Made by a program: the position numbers and the translations under genes | In this document: positions 48,001 to 56,601 of the stretch, piece by piece | How the letters are laid out: each line of letters opens with the position of its first letter | Numbering within the stretch: the first letter of the stretch is position 1 | NCBI GenBank assembly: GCA_050949565.1 | Contig: JBMNFY010000017.1 | Location: 1,908,442 to 1,972,441, forward strand | Origin: Kiritimatiellia bacterium | GTDB taxonomy: Bacteria > Verrucomicrobiota > Kiritimatiellia > RFP12 > UBA1067 | Direction of reading: 5' to 3' | DNA: 64,000 nucleotides | The notes under the pieces: generated by a model | Database searches by the model: none | Told to the model about the DNA's origin: nothing | Seen by the model: only the letters and a program-made list of their open reading frames with translations

Positions 48001-48618
48001 GCCACCACGCTTGCCCTCGCAGATGACTGCGTGTTCAGCGGCACGGTGACCGGCAACGGCGGCCTGATCAAGAGCGGCGCGGGCGTATTCACCGTTACCG
48101 GCGTCGGCGACGCCACCGGTGCGCTGACCGTCAGCGGCGGTGCGTGCGGTGTGGCCGAAGGCGGACGCATCACCACCGGCCCGGTCAATGTGCTGGCAGG
48201 TGCGACACTCTTCGGCCACGGCCAGATGGGCGGTTCGGTCAGCGTGGCCAGCAACGCTTGGTTACAGGCAGGCACCGCCGCCGTGTGCGGCACGCTGGCG
48301 GTGGGAGGCGACCTGACACTCGCGCCCGGCGCCAACATCGCTTGGCGCTATGCCGACGGCGGCGCGTTCGATACCATCACCGTCGCGGGCACGGTGAACA
48401 TGCCGACCAACGGCCTGGTGCAGGTTTCCTCGCTCACGCCGGAACTGAAGCCGCCCGCCAAGAGACCGCTGATCGCCGCGACGACCGCGATCAACGGCCC
48501 GGACGACCTGAGCGGCTGGACCATCGAGGGTGCGAAAAACGCCAGTCTGCGCTACAGCGATGATCGCACCAAGATCTACTTCTTCACGCCGCGCGGCATG
48601 TTGTTTATCTTGGAGTAA
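42076..48618 (+). CDS. 2180-aa secreted protein with autotransporter-associated beta-strand repeats and a PA14 domain
   Basis: Signal peptide; repeated L.K.G.G.L.L units; GLMGYYY..WRGVI..GTYTFGVQCDDG PA14 motif; no C-terminal beta-barrel visible. Confidence 0.85.
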   Translation: MMMTSRVVRAALCGLLFSLVFGVAEGFAAPPLRWNGPAGGVWDAATPNWLDAGDNAVAWIPGAEAVFEGAGGLIEIAADVSATNLTFTGNGYTLLGAGRLYVEGVLTAATATTNSIVADLCTAGGLTKSGAGALALARCAGLVSVQGGSLLAAGSLFVDAEIAVAAGASLITLGEPDSGANLIVNGSFETPALSSGGWSYSVPSGWTVVYPNYVGRQNTKSVAGYNNPWNAAGTSPDGDQMMILQYGGTAAQTVTVPADGLYSIAFSYLMRSDNRETQVYLTLDGIPFATFLNRSPQTAPGRFVSGALWLTAGSHTLGIGGEHGWGDRSTMVDLVCLAAPSSAQPCRALGGDSVLKVVDAANVVMEHTGATPIAYVAINGTAASGTFNASHVSGVFSGSGSLACATPANIYTWSGVGSWSDATHWADGVAPVAGGGRDLLIRFPSATGAASANDLAGEFLARGLAASGIAADGVVTLSGGTVVLTNSSSGAAPKISLQAPGTWTVTAPVEARHTLTLDVAGQLTFQENPLGVASNGTFYKTGSGTVTLPTFTNRVASAIVYDGAIQTPQLPSSLTVNLFSQRGRAAALCLTQGGLTFGNTINLLGSGTPIFATRCGGTTLTCSNWTYGYGDTALFDVGVGDTLSLQQMLLINNSRGYSATALVKAGPGTLEIRSAGADTDKNRAYRGRTTLRNGTLVLTEDDWGTLANWSNPFNGRTYAGTGGSLGYNLLTNAVLIGDSGTAPSDALALIAAGDGRWIGHDIEVANAGASVTLGMTAGSAMFAGTLTLHRNIAFSGPADGILTLNSVCLAPDFTGTFAPAFSGLAALRIEGDFPSTASLALRGRALRFATGIVRDQTLASLALGDPDAPAALDVDFGAGVNDILRVTATDGLTLSNTVVNLFYAGTGQPFAEPGTYTLFTYQGTLDGDAALLSVGNPQDGASYAFANDTANRRVTLTITGTSGGIAAVWIHPEGGAWAVGANWDGGTAPNGAGLVPLFGLAITNHATIDTGAGYTVGGLTFNNAAYGYTLGGSGGLTFADAGDPSTVSVSAGAHTLNTALNAPDGLNVTTADDAQLALGPDATVAAALTLAQGTLELQGNATLDGAVDLADATMLRARATTNAAIGTLSGASSSVVALTGDAPALTINQAADATFAGSFTGDANATLDKLGAGALHLSHPYSPFAGKVSADAGTLALHAFVTPASVQVPASGALAINTPTMNGLMGYYYSVAPNTNAFWTLAGMESHFAAMVPDLVFPSGASGERFDFGVGSTYTFPVPYHNGGSRAHHFEVVWRGVITLPENGTYTFGVQCDDGVLLAIDGRQVLSRNYYSSAWIEETITLDAGRHDIVLGYFQLTGGGGIRLRVRCPSQGTAQLVPSSWLAPYAQASRLSGNGALSLAAPDSMWRTAQAGGFETWRGILSGVSGSLFAKSATGHFSLSSSGAPNAFAGGLDVQGGILALDAHEQVDDASRLNVCQGATLALAATETVGALSGNGTLAIGGHVYMIPFIGDEDCGISTDSTYTHLLDFPLDTYKPTVNGVLFDNQGGRSGTLPGGAWNDSPNDATRSGIDSLLWDFAYGSTNFTFHLEGLTEGQAYDLRLYFRNFANNPRRLTFTFTAGTRVVGSINHNPDSVSRSIVGCRYVVDASKSITVNVISHETAHTCHLYGLSNEALGGMNAAKLTVAPVVGQNATFGGSVVGLGELTVAGAGTQRFSGASTLATPLTVTAGTAALEPGASVLAGVAVDADGTLAIPAGDVTLGGLTGTGVLDLQGGGIYPTNTAPYFVTFTNDAGCGISPTKVYTHAIDFGGNGAPTIVNGVSFTRTNAPSGVINGYGWVNAPPSTHGGDRASSVGLGNDNGVFHLLYGMNYSLPSGQTFKLTGLTPGKWYEVRLYNRTWDPTCNRTQTLIFDPDGAGPISHSVTYDFDVPDAPPNYLGYRYLAATGELSITITRTVGDSYHLYAFTNEESSDGTPGATTLALADDCVFSGTVTGNGGLIKSGAGVFTVTGVGDATGALTVSGGACGVAEGGRITTGPVNVLAGATLFGHGQMGGSVSVASNAWLQAGTAAVCGTLAVGGDLTLAPGANIAWRYADGGAFDTITVAGTVNMPTNGLVQVSSLTPELKPPAKRPLIAATTAINGPDDLSGWTIEGAKNASLRYSDDRTKIYFFTPRGMLFILE

Positions 48619-48624
48619 ACTTGT

Positions 48625-51420
48625 TCATTTTGCGGTAGTCGCCGGCGGAATCGGAACGGAGACGAGCCACTCGGGGTGCTCCCGCACGCCCTCGGCCTCT
48701 TGAATCGGCCAGGTCGCGCGGGCGGCATCCGCGTACGGCCCGATCCGTTCGAACGGGATCGGTTCGAAGCCTAGGCGCAAGGCCGGCGAGTCGGGCTTGA
48801 GCCGGAAATCGCCTTTAGCGGCATCCACGAAAAGTGGATCGGCCACGAGCGATGCGGTGTCGGCACCCGCCATCTGCCATGCTTCCCACTCGGTAGCGGG
48901 CTGTATCTCTTCCAAGCGTAGGTCGCTGATTTCGACCGCCCCTTGGGCCGACTTAAATTCGAACTGCAGCGAGAGCGCCGTCACCCGCTCGTCGTAGTCG
49001 GCCTCGCCGGGTTTCGGCAGATAAAAGGAGGTCTCGCAGGGGTAGGCCACCGATGCAGTGCTAACATCCGACATGTCGTAGCGCCGCAAGAAATGACGCG
49101 CACCGAAGGCCTTCCACAGCCCTTTGTTCTCACATACAAAGCGCGCGATCAGGGCACCGGTCGCCGCTTCGTGGCGCAACTGGAACGAGAGCCGATAGTG
49201 CTTGCCGGGGGCCAGTTCAAACGGCGCGGAACGGATGCAGGTGTTTTTGATGTAGCGCTGTTCGGCGTTGAACGCACCCGGCAACCGCAACGTACACTTG
49301 CCATCCTTCTCCAGCACCTCGGCCTTCAGGTCCGGTAGCGTTTTGTGGTACCAGAACCAGTCGGCCGCTACCGTACGGTTGGGGTCTTTCTCCAACTCCT
49401 CCGGTGTCAGGCGGCGCGTGAAAGCGACGTTCGGAATCGCTGCGGTCAGATCGGCCAGCGCCTGCTTCACACCCTGTCGGCCTGTCTTGATCGGTACGCT
49501 ACCGCCGTTCCAAACGAGGTTCGAGTTGATGATGTTGTATTCGAGATTCACGCCGTTCTCGCGCACGTAGGTGGAGTTCGGCTGATTCGGGTAGTAGAAG
49601 ATGTTGCGCGTGATACGATTGCCGCGCATGACGGTGCCGTCCGGTAAAAACGGATCCCTCGGCGACACATGCATGCCGCGCATCTCGGCCCACGCCGGAT
49701 TGGTCATCAGCCGTTCGTAGTCCTTGATTGATGGCGGCTGGCGGTCGCGCAGAAACACCCCCTGCGGCGAATTGTTCCACGTTTGCAGCGAGAGTTGATG
49801 CGTCTTGCCTTCGGGACCTGCGTTATGCGCGAAAATGTTGTTGTAGATGTGGCTTTCGCGCGCGTTGTGCAGGTGCATCGCACCAACTTGACAGCGCTCG
49901 ACGACGTTGCCGTATACGTCGTTGCCGCAGCCGCTCTCGTCCAAGTAGATGCCCCAGGCGAAAACGAAAAACTTACCGTGGTTGTTGAAACCGATGCTGT
50001 CGGTGCAGTGGTTGTAGCGGATCGTCTGCCAGCCGCCGCACCAGCCGCCGGTGTAGGTGCAGCCGGTGTCTTCCATTTCCAGGTTGCAGTGACGGATGCG
50101 GTTATACTCCAGCGTGTTGAGTGCGCCGCCGTGAAAGATGCCACAGCGCGGCATATCGTGGATCAGGTTATGCGCAACGCGGATACCGACGCCGCCGAGC
50201 ATCACGCCGATCCCGTGCCGGTTGAATTGACCGACGTGGTGGATGTAGCAGTTGACAACTTCATGCTCGCAGCGCTCCATCTTCAGCTTGTCGCCGCCGT
50301 GTACCGAAACGCCGTGCCCGCCGATGTTCCAGATGTCGCAACCGCGCACCGCGCAGGCGCGCCCCTTATTGAATGCCACCGCTGAGCCGTGGAAGTAGCC
50401 CAGATCATGGATCAAGCACGCTTCGACGAGGGCATGTTCGCACTCGGTAAAGCGCAACGCATGTTGCTCGGCGCAGGTCAGCTCAAGTCCCCGGACGCGC
50501 ACATGGTGCGTCTGGTGGAAGGTCAAGATGTCATTGACGGTCGGCACGGTCACCGTGTCGCGCGCGAGGTCCGCGCCCGTCGGCGGGATCAAGTAGAGCT
50601 TCTGGTTCGCGACATCTTGCCACCACTCGCCGGGTGCGTCCAACTCCTCCCGCAACCCCATCAGGCAGAAGCGGTCCTCGGGGCGCGCGGCGTACTGCAT
50701 CTTGTTGTGCAGGGTGAAGGTGCGCGTCGCCGGATCATACGCCTTGATCCGCTCGATACGGTTCCACCAGTTGTAGCGCGGGAAGATGCACAACTCGCCC
50801 TCCTGCGGGTTCGACCATGTGCGCGCGTCTTGTGCCCGCAACACCACGATATCGGTACGTTCGCCCTCGATATCCTGATACATCGGCGGGCGTTTGCCGT
50901 CAACGTATGCCCAGCCGCCTGAATACGGCAGCGCGGGATCTTCATTCGGATAACGCGCCCACGTCAGGCGACGGCCGTTCAGGTAGAGTTGTCGGAACTG
51001 AGCCTTCAGGTTCAGCGGTGCGAGATCCGTCACAAACACATCGCGTCCGTTGAACGTGCCGCGCGTCCAGCCGGTCACCACCGTACCGCCCGCCAGCACG
51101 GCCCGTGCATCGGGCGCGGCAGGATCGCGTCGCGCCGCGATGGTCAGCGGTGCCGCCGCTGTTCCCGCATCCTGCGCGGTGAAGGCAACCGTTCGCGTCA
51201 CGCGGTGGATGCCCGGATGCAGCCAGATCGTGATGGCCGCATTGGGCTCGGCCTGTCGTGCAGCCCGTGCGAGGTCACGCGCCTTTTCCAACGTCTGGAC
51301 CGGTGCCGCCTCGCTGCCGACATGGCTATCGGCCCCCGACGGCGCTACGTGGATATCCGCAGCTCCAGCAATCCACGCACTCGCCACAATTCCCGCCGCG
51401 AATCCTATAACACGCATCAT
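48625..51420 (-). CDS. Right-handed parallel beta-helix protein (putative carbohydrate-active enzyme)
   Basis: [39 protein letters not shown] and DPLFVD..GDFRL motifs. Confidence 0.85.
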   Translation of the reverse strand: MMRVIGFAAGIVASAWIAGAADIHVAPSGADSHVGSEAAPVQTLEKARDLARAARQAEPNAAITIWLHPGIHRVTRTVAFTAQDAGTAAAPLTIAARRDPAAPDARAVLAGGTVVTGWTRGTFNGRDVFVTDLAPLNLKAQFRQLYLNGRRLTWARYPNEDPALPYSGGWAYVDGKRPPMYQDIEGERTDIVVLRAQDARTWSNPQEGELCIFPRYNWWNRIERIKAYDPATRTFTLHNKMQYAARPEDRFCLMGLREELDAPGEWWQDVANQKLYLIPPTGADLARDTVTVPTVNDILTFHQTHHVRVRGLELTCAEQHALRFTECEHALVEACLIHDLGYFHGSAVAFNKGRACAVRGCDIWNIGGHGVSVHGGDKLKMERCEHEVVNCYIHHVGQFNRHGIGVMLGGVGIRVAHNLIHDMPRCGIFHGGALNTLEYNRIRHCNLEMEDTGCTYTGGWCGGWQTIRYNHCTDSIGFNNHGKFFVFAWGIYLDESGCGNDVYGNVVERCQVGAMHLHNARESHIYNNIFAHNAGPEGKTHQLSLQTWNNSPQGVFLRDRQPPSIKDYERLMTNPAWAEMRGMHVSPRDPFLPDGTVMRGNRITRNIFYYPNQPNSTYVRENGVNLEYNIINSNLVWNGGSVPIKTGRQGVKQALADLTAAIPNVAFTRRLTPEELEKDPNRTVAADWFWYHKTLPDLKAEVLEKDGKCTLRLPGAFNAEQRYIKNTCIRSAPFELAPGKHYRLSFQLRHEAATGALIARFVCENKGLWKAFGARHFLRRYDMSDVSTASVAYPCETSFYLPKPGEADYDERVTALSLQFEFKSAQGAVEISDLRLEEIQPATEWEAWQMAGADTASLVADPLFVDAAKGDFRLKPDSPALRLGFEPIPFERIGPYADAARATWPIQEAEGVREHPEWLVSVPIPPATTAK

Positions 51421-51606
51421 CTCGTTTCCCCCTTGTTTTTCAACCGGACAGCAACCGTCCAGCAGATGACATCACGGTAGACGAGTAGCCCTGCAAAGTC
51501 AACGCTTTGCGCTTGCAATCTCATCCGGGGCTGTTTACAGTTCGCGGCGTCGGTTATGGGTGTGTGAGAACAGTCTGAATCTCAAGCGAAAACAAGGAGA
51601 TTGAGC

Positions 51607-52221
51607 ATGAACGTCCAAGTCATTTTTTACAGCATGTACGGTCACGTTTGGCAGATGGCCGAGGCGATGGCGGAAGGCGCCGGCGAGGTGCAGGGTGCCA
51701 AGGTCTCGTTGTGGCAGGTCGAGGAGTTGGTTTCGGAAGAGTCGCTGGCGGCCAGCGGTGCCTTGGAAGCGCGCGCCCAGTTCGCGCATATTCCGGTAGC
51801 GCGGGTGGCCCAACTCGAAGAGGCGGATGTGATCCTGTTCGGCGCGCCGACGCGTTACGGCATGATGGCCGCGCAGATGAAGCAGTTCATCGATCAGACC
51901 GGCGGCCTGTGGGCGCGTGGCGTTCTGGTCGGCAAACTGGGCGGTGTCTTCGGTTCGACCAACAGCCAGCACTGCGGTCACGAGGCGACGCTGCTGAGTT
52001 TCCACACGGTACTGTTCGGTCTCGGCATGGTGGTGGTGGGCGTGCCGCCCACGGCACCCGGATTGCATGTGGGCGACGCGATCAGCGGCGGCACGCCCTA
52101 CGGCGCCACGACCATTGCCGGTTCGGACGGTTCACGACAGCCCTCGCCGATCGAGCTTGAGACGGCCCGCCTGCAAGGGCGTCATGCGGCGACGATCGGC
52201 ATGCGCCTTTTCGCGCGTTGA
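51607..52221 (+). CDS. wrbA: NAD(P)H:quinone oxidoreductase WrbA
   Basis: FYSMYGHV, GAPTRYG, FIDQTGGLW and GGTPYGA motifs; RBS AAGGAG. Confidence 0.93.
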   Translation: MNVQVIFYSMYGHVWQMAEAMAEGAGEVQGAKVSLWQVEELVSEESLAASGALEARAQFAHIPVARVAQLEEADVILFGAPTRYGMMAAQMKQFIDQTGGLWARGVLVGKLGGVFGSTNSQHCGHEATLLSFHTVLFGLGMVVVGVPPTAPGLHVGDAISGGTPYGATTIAGSDGSRQPSPIELETARLQGRHAATIGMRLFAR

Positions 52222-52233
52222 CGTCAATCTGTC

Positions 52234-52740
52234 ATGTGTGACGGTGAGTTATACGATTCCGCGTCCCGCCCTTCCGCGCTTGATGCGGAGACCGCGCATG
52301 CCTTGCGCACCTATCTCGCCGGATTCGGCGTGCCGCCGGATGCGCCGCACGCGCAGGTATGCGAGCCACCTGTTGGATTGAGCGATTACCTCGCCCGCGC
52401 CGACGTTTCGTTTTCGCGTCGCCTGCTTCAACTCATCCGCGCCAGCGGACTCAGCGAGGTCGAGGTTTACAAGCGGGCGCATGTGGATCGTAAGTTGTTT
52501 TCGAAGATCCGCAGCGACCCCGCCTATCAACCCAAGAAGCAAACGGTGATCGCTTTCGCACTCGCGCTACGCTTGACGCCTGACCAGACCGAGGTGCTGC
52601 TCGCCTCGGCTGGGTTTGCGCTCTCGACCAGTGCGCCCTTCGATCTGATCGTGCGGTTTTTTATAGAGCGCGGCCAATACGATCCCTTGCGCATCAACGA
52701 CGCGCTCTACGCCTTCAACCAGCCGCTGCTCCTGGTGTAA
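52234..52740 (+). CDS. Conserved HTH-like hypothetical protein
   Basis: VYKRAHVDRKLFSKIRS..PKK.T..A.AL.L..LL..AGFALS pattern. Confidence 0.7.
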   Translation: MCDGELYDSASRPSALDAETAHALRTYLAGFGVPPDAPHAQVCEPPVGLSDYLARADVSFSRRLLQLIRASGLSEVEVYKRAHVDRKLFSKIRSDPAYQPKKQTVIAFALALRLTPDQTEVLLASAGFALSTSAPFDLIVRFFIERGQYDPLRINDALYAFNQPLLLV

Positions 52741-52765
52741 GGCTCCGTGCGAGGCGTGGAGCCTT

Positions 52766-52850
52766 GGTTTCAGGGTTTCAGGGTTTCAGGGTTTCAGGGT
52801 TCCAGGGTTCCAGGGTTTCAGGGTTTCAGGGTTCCAGGGTTTCAGGGTTT
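52766..52850. repeat. Octamer tandem repeat (GGTTYCAG) x10.6
   Basis: Read directly; followed by TTACTTM-like heptamers to ~52907. Confidence 0.95.
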
Positions 52851-52907
52851 GGCGTGGTTGGGGGAGAGTTCTCTCTTACTTCTTACTTATTACTTATTAC
52901 CTCTTAC

Positions 52908-53190
52908 CCTAAAAAGAGCAGTTGAGCATGCAGATTTTGAGCAAAGCCCCGTAAACATTGGCTTCCGTTGAGATTCGCGCCGCACCTATTTGGTGCAGAA
53001 CGCAATTTCTGATTGGAACCACGGAACACACTAAACATACGGAAACAGAGCCATACCTTTCCGTGTGTTCGGTGTGTTCCGTGGTTAAACAATCGATCCC
53101 GATAGCGATCCCGATCCCGATTTGGATGAAACCATGAAACCTTGAAACTAGAAACCAAAGAGAGTTGAAGGTTCAACTGCTCTTTTTAGG
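52908..53190. mobile_element. 283-bp non-autonomous MITE-like element
   Basis: Perfect 18-bp inverted repeats CCTAAAAAGAGCAGTTGA / TCAACTGCTCTTTTTAGG, with CTTAC directly on both flanks. Confidence 0.75.
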
Positions 53191-53312
53191 CTTACCTAAA
53201 AATGTCGCTTGGCAAGCGACATATCAAGCCTCCCTGTGTGTTAAGGTGACGCTGTTTTCATGACCGGATCATGAAACGCACACGAACACAACCAACACCG
53301 AGGAGGTTTGAC

Positions 53313-53987
53313 ATGAACAACACTGCAACACTCACACCGACTGCACGTCCCGTCACCGACGCCGCGCGCGCTTATCGTCCGCGCCTCTCGTTCTTTCACG
53401 CCAACAGCAAGGGCACCGGCAGCGCAGCGCGCTTTGAATTGGTGCCGGCCACTGGCGAACGCGACGGTGCGATTTTCATGACACTCGCGCAGCAGAAGAG
53501 CGTGGCCAGCGGCTCGGTCGAACAGGGCAACCGCCGGTACGCCACGTTCGACTGGCAGAACCGGATCACGGTCAAGCTCAACTTCACAGACCTGAGCCAG
53601 TTGCTACTGGTCCTGAAGGGTGTCACCGCCACCATCGCTGACGGCAAGGGCCTCTACCACGATACCCGCGCAGCGACCACGCTCATCAATCTGACGCGCC
53701 AGACCGAGCCTTACGCCGGCTACGCGTTGGATGTCTCGCGCCGTGCCAAGAGCACGCCCGATGCGTCCGCCCGCGTGCGCATCTTCTTCAACGGCGTGGA
53801 AGCGTTCGGGCTCAGCATGGTCCTTGAGCAGGCATTGAGCGTGGTGGCGTTCGGCGTTCCGCGCGGACCATCGGCTTTCGGCGCGTCTCCGTTCGGCAGC
53901 GACCAGTCCGTGGACGACCTGTCCACGATGGACCTCTCCAGTATGGACCCGCTCGGTGAGGATGAGGAGGAATCCGCGCCGTTCTGA
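53313..53987 (+). CDS. Hypothetical protein, Whirly-like ssDNA-binding candidate with acidic ..PF tail
   Basis: RBS GAGGAGG; FDW..RITVKL..TDL and YHD motifs; tail GEDEEESAPF. Confidence 0.65.
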   Translation: MNNTATLTPTARPVTDAARAYRPRLSFFHANSKGTGSAARFELVPATGERDGAIFMTLAQQKSVASGSVEQGNRRYATFDWQNRITVKLNFTDLSQLLLVLKGVTATIADGKGLYHDTRAATTLINLTRQTEPYAGYALDVSRRAKSTPDASARVRIFFNGVEAFGLSMVLEQALSVVAFGVPRGPSAFGASPFGSDQSVDDLSTMDLSSMDPLGEDEEESAPF

Positions 53988-53989
53988 TC

Positions 53990-55417
53990 TCACCCCAGGA
54001 GTACGCGGATGGCATCGGCGGCGGTGTAGTCCGGCTTTTCCGGCGAGCAGAAACGTCCGATGTGGACCAGATCGTCGCCCAGCGTGATGATGGCCGGTTC
54101 GCGGTAACCGTCGGGCCGCACTTGCGCGAGGCCGATATTGCTGAAGAGCCCGTTGCAGATGCACTTGCGCCCGATGGTGTCCTCTTCCTTGCCGCCTTTG
54201 GCGAGGTATGCGGCCACAGTCTCAGAGGGGCAACGGTAGCCGATCGAGCCGTCCTCCTTGCGGTAGGCTTCGCGCAGATAGCCGAGATCGCAAACCCGGC
54301 GGCGGGCCGCATAAACGTCCGGTTCGGAGAGTGTGCCTTCGAGGTCTGCGACCTTGAACGGGAAGCCGGTGGACGAGGCGAGCGGATCAGTGAAAACCTT
54401 GCCCTCGCCAGCCAGCGCCCGACGGACCAGAGCGCGGCGCATCTCCGGCTCCAGGCCCGACTCTTCACAGAGCGCGAAAGGTGTGCCGACCTGCACGCCA
54501 GCGGCACCCTCTTCGAGTGCCATGCGCAGGGCCTCGGGCGATCCGTAGCCGCCGCCCAGCCAGAACGGCATGCCGATCTTGCGCATGGCCTCCAACTTGA
54601 CCACATCACGCGGGCCGTAAATCGGCTGGCCGTCGGGGGTCAGTTGTAGCGGACCGCGCGGCGGTGCATTATGACCACCGGCCGTCGGTCCTTCAACCAC
54701 AAAGCCCTCCACGCTGCCGCTGGCGCGCCGCAGCAACATGGTGGCGAGCGAGTCCGCAGAGATGATTGGCAGGAAGTCCGGACGCCGCAGGTCAGGCGGC
54801 GTGCAGCCGTCTTCAAAGAAGAGTGCCGGGTCAAAGACGCGCTGGCAGTCGGTCTCCGGGGTTGCACCTTGGATGCGGACGGTGTAGGTCACGGCTTCAT
54901 GGCGTGACAGCGCATCCAGCACGCCCGGAAACTCCACGGGGATGCCGGCGCCGACGATCATGACTGCCGCGCCGGCGAGCATCGCGCCGTAGGCGGAGGG
55001 CAGATGGGGGAACTGGATTTTCTCAAGATAGTTGATGCCGACTGGATTGGAGTGGCCCTCACGCGCGAGGAAGACTTCTACGAAGTTGGAGACGATGCAT
55101 AGTTCATCGAACCAACGGCTGTTTTTGAGCGCCGGTTTTTCGCTCGGCTTGTAGGGCTCGTCGGGCTTCTTGCCGCCTGCGATGAACAGCGTGTCCAGAA
55201 TGCGCTGCGCCATCTGCGGGAAGGGGAAATGGGCCAACGCACGGCGCATATCACCGCCGGGGTCGCCATCCTGCAAACGCCGGGCGAGCACTTGGTCAAG
55301 TCCTGTTCCAGATACGATGCCGAGCTGACCGATACGGGCGACCGCCTGTGCCAAGCGCCAATTGGAGACGCCGACGCCCATGCCGCCTTGAATGATTTTG
55401 GGGAGAGGAATCTGCAT
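53990..55417 (-). CDS. Nitronate monooxygenase / 2-nitropropane dioxygenase family flavoprotein
   Basis: IIQGGMGVGVS, VGAGIP, EGPTAGGH and GVQVGT motifs. Confidence 0.9.
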   Translation of the reverse strand: MQIPLPKIIQGGMGVGVSNWRLAQAVARIGQLGIVSGTGLDQVLARRLQDGDPGGDMRRALAHFPFPQMAQRILDTLFIAGGKKPDEPYKPSEKPALKNSRWFDELCIVSNFVEVFLAREGHSNPVGINYLEKIQFPHLPSAYGAMLAGAAVMIVGAGIPVEFPGVLDALSRHEAVTYTVRIQGATPETDCQRVFDPALFFEDGCTPPDLRRPDFLPIISADSLATMLLRRASGSVEGFVVEGPTAGGHNAPPRGPLQLTPDGQPIYGPRDVVKLEAMRKIGMPFWLGGGYGSPEALRMALEEGAAGVQVGTPFALCEESGLEPEMRRALVRRALAGEGKVFTDPLASSTGFPFKVADLEGTLSEPDVYAARRRVCDLGYLREAYRKEDGSIGYRCPSETVAAYLAKGGKEEDTIGRKCICNGLFSNIGLAQVRPDGYREPAIITLGDDLVHIGRFCSPEKPDYTAADAIRVLLG

Positions 55418-55610
55418 AAAAGAACGTATAAATGAGTGAAACTTAAAAACGCAAGTCCAACGGCGATACAGTATAGCGTTTGTGTGACCGGATTGGGAGT
55501 CAGAATTTTGTCAGAAATTGATCGCACTTGCGGCGGGAAGGAGTGAGGCGTATGATAAGGAAAGTTACTGAGGAGAGAAGGCGGACGGTAACGTAAGCAA
55601 GGAGGATGAA

Positions 55611-56264
55611 ATGTCGCGAGAACGCACGGATACTAAAAAAGGCGGGTGTTTGAGGAAGGTGGGTATCGGCTGCTTGACGCTGGTTATTCTGCTGGCGGTC
55701 GGCGGTGTGCTGGTTTACCGCACGGCGAGATCGACCGTCACGCGGTTGGCTGCACGATACACGGACGTCGCGCCGACAGAGTTGCCGGAATTCCAGATGG
55801 AGGAAGGAGAGAAACGCGCGTTGTTTGAACGGGTGGATGGGTTTGTCAAGGCGGTGAAAGAGGGCAAGTCGGATCAAACCTTGTCATTGTCCGCGCGTGA
55901 CATCAATGCTTTGATTCAAAATTCACCGGAGTTGGCCGGACGCCTCTTTGTGGAGATTGAGGACGAGCGTATCTGCGGTGATGTCAGCTTTCCGCTGGAT
56001 CAACTGAGCAGCCTTGATCTGCTGAAAGGCCGCTGGCTGAACGGATCCGTGGAGCTTAGCGTGAACACGGTTGCGGGGCGGCTCGTCGTGTTCATGGAGT
56101 CGCTGACGGTACGCGGGAAACCTGTGCCGGAGCAGTTGATGTCTGCGATCCGCTCAAGGAATCTGGCCGACCAAGCGTTCGGAAGCCCGAAAGCCGCGCA
56201 GATCCTACAGCGCATCGAAAAGGTGAAAGTCGAGGACGGGCGTCTAGTGATTGAGAGTGAATAG
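55611..56264 (+). CDS. Hypothetical membrane-anchored protein
   Basis: RBS AGGAGG; KKGGCL..GC followed by a transmembrane helix; candidate promoter TTGCGG-17-TATGAT at 55528-55556. Confidence 0.75.
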   Translation: MSRERTDTKKGGCLRKVGIGCLTLVILLAVGGVLVYRTARSTVTRLAARYTDVAPTELPEFQMEEGEKRALFERVDGFVKAVKEGKSDQTLSLSARDINALIQNSPELAGRLFVEIEDERICGDVSFPLDQLSSLDLLKGRWLNGSVELSVNTVAGRLVVFMESLTVRGKPVPEQLMSAIRSRNLADQAFGSPKAAQILQRIEKVKVEDGRLVIESE

Positions 56265-56378
56265 GCGGACACCGCGCGACGGAAAAACCAGACGTGGCAC
56301 GGGCATCATGCCCATGCCGTGAGGAGTTTCGGGGATCTGCCGGAAGCATCGGCAGGATCGGCAGTGCCGGAAAAGACG

Positions 56379-56414
56379 AAGCGCCGGAAGTTGATTTCCG
56401 GCGCTTGTTTTTTT
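56379..56414 (+). terminator. Intrinsic terminator between convergent genes
   Basis: AAGCGCCGGAA-loop-TTCCGGCGCTT followed by a T run. Confidence 0.7.
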
Positions 56415-56601
56415 ACTGGTAGCGGTCTCTATAGCCGCCCGGCAGGGGCATGGTGCCTTCCCATCCAGCCGGCGCGGCCCACGGCATGTCAGTTTCGTTC
56501 GGGTTGTCGACCATGCATCCGGTGAGCCCGAGCAGGGTGAGCGCCGCGAGTAGGAGACAGAGGCTACGGATCGTCAGGCTCGTCTCAGAAGAAGACGACA
56601 T
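56413..56601 (-). CDS. Small putative lipoprotein
   Basis: Hydrophobic stretch with lipobox LTGC; MPWAAPAGWEG; overlaps the stop of the upstream gene. Confidence 0.6.
   Translation of the reverse strand: MSSSSETSLTIRSLCLLLAALTLLGLTGCMVDNPNETDMPWAAPAGWEGTMPLPGGYRDRYQ

Noticed and set aside
42076-48618. Classical type V autotransporter
   Set aside because: No ~300-aa C-terminal beta-barrel or terminal aromatic residue is present.
52766-52907. Possible CRISPR array
   Set aside because: Units are 7-8 bp with no spacers, and no cas genes are present in the window.
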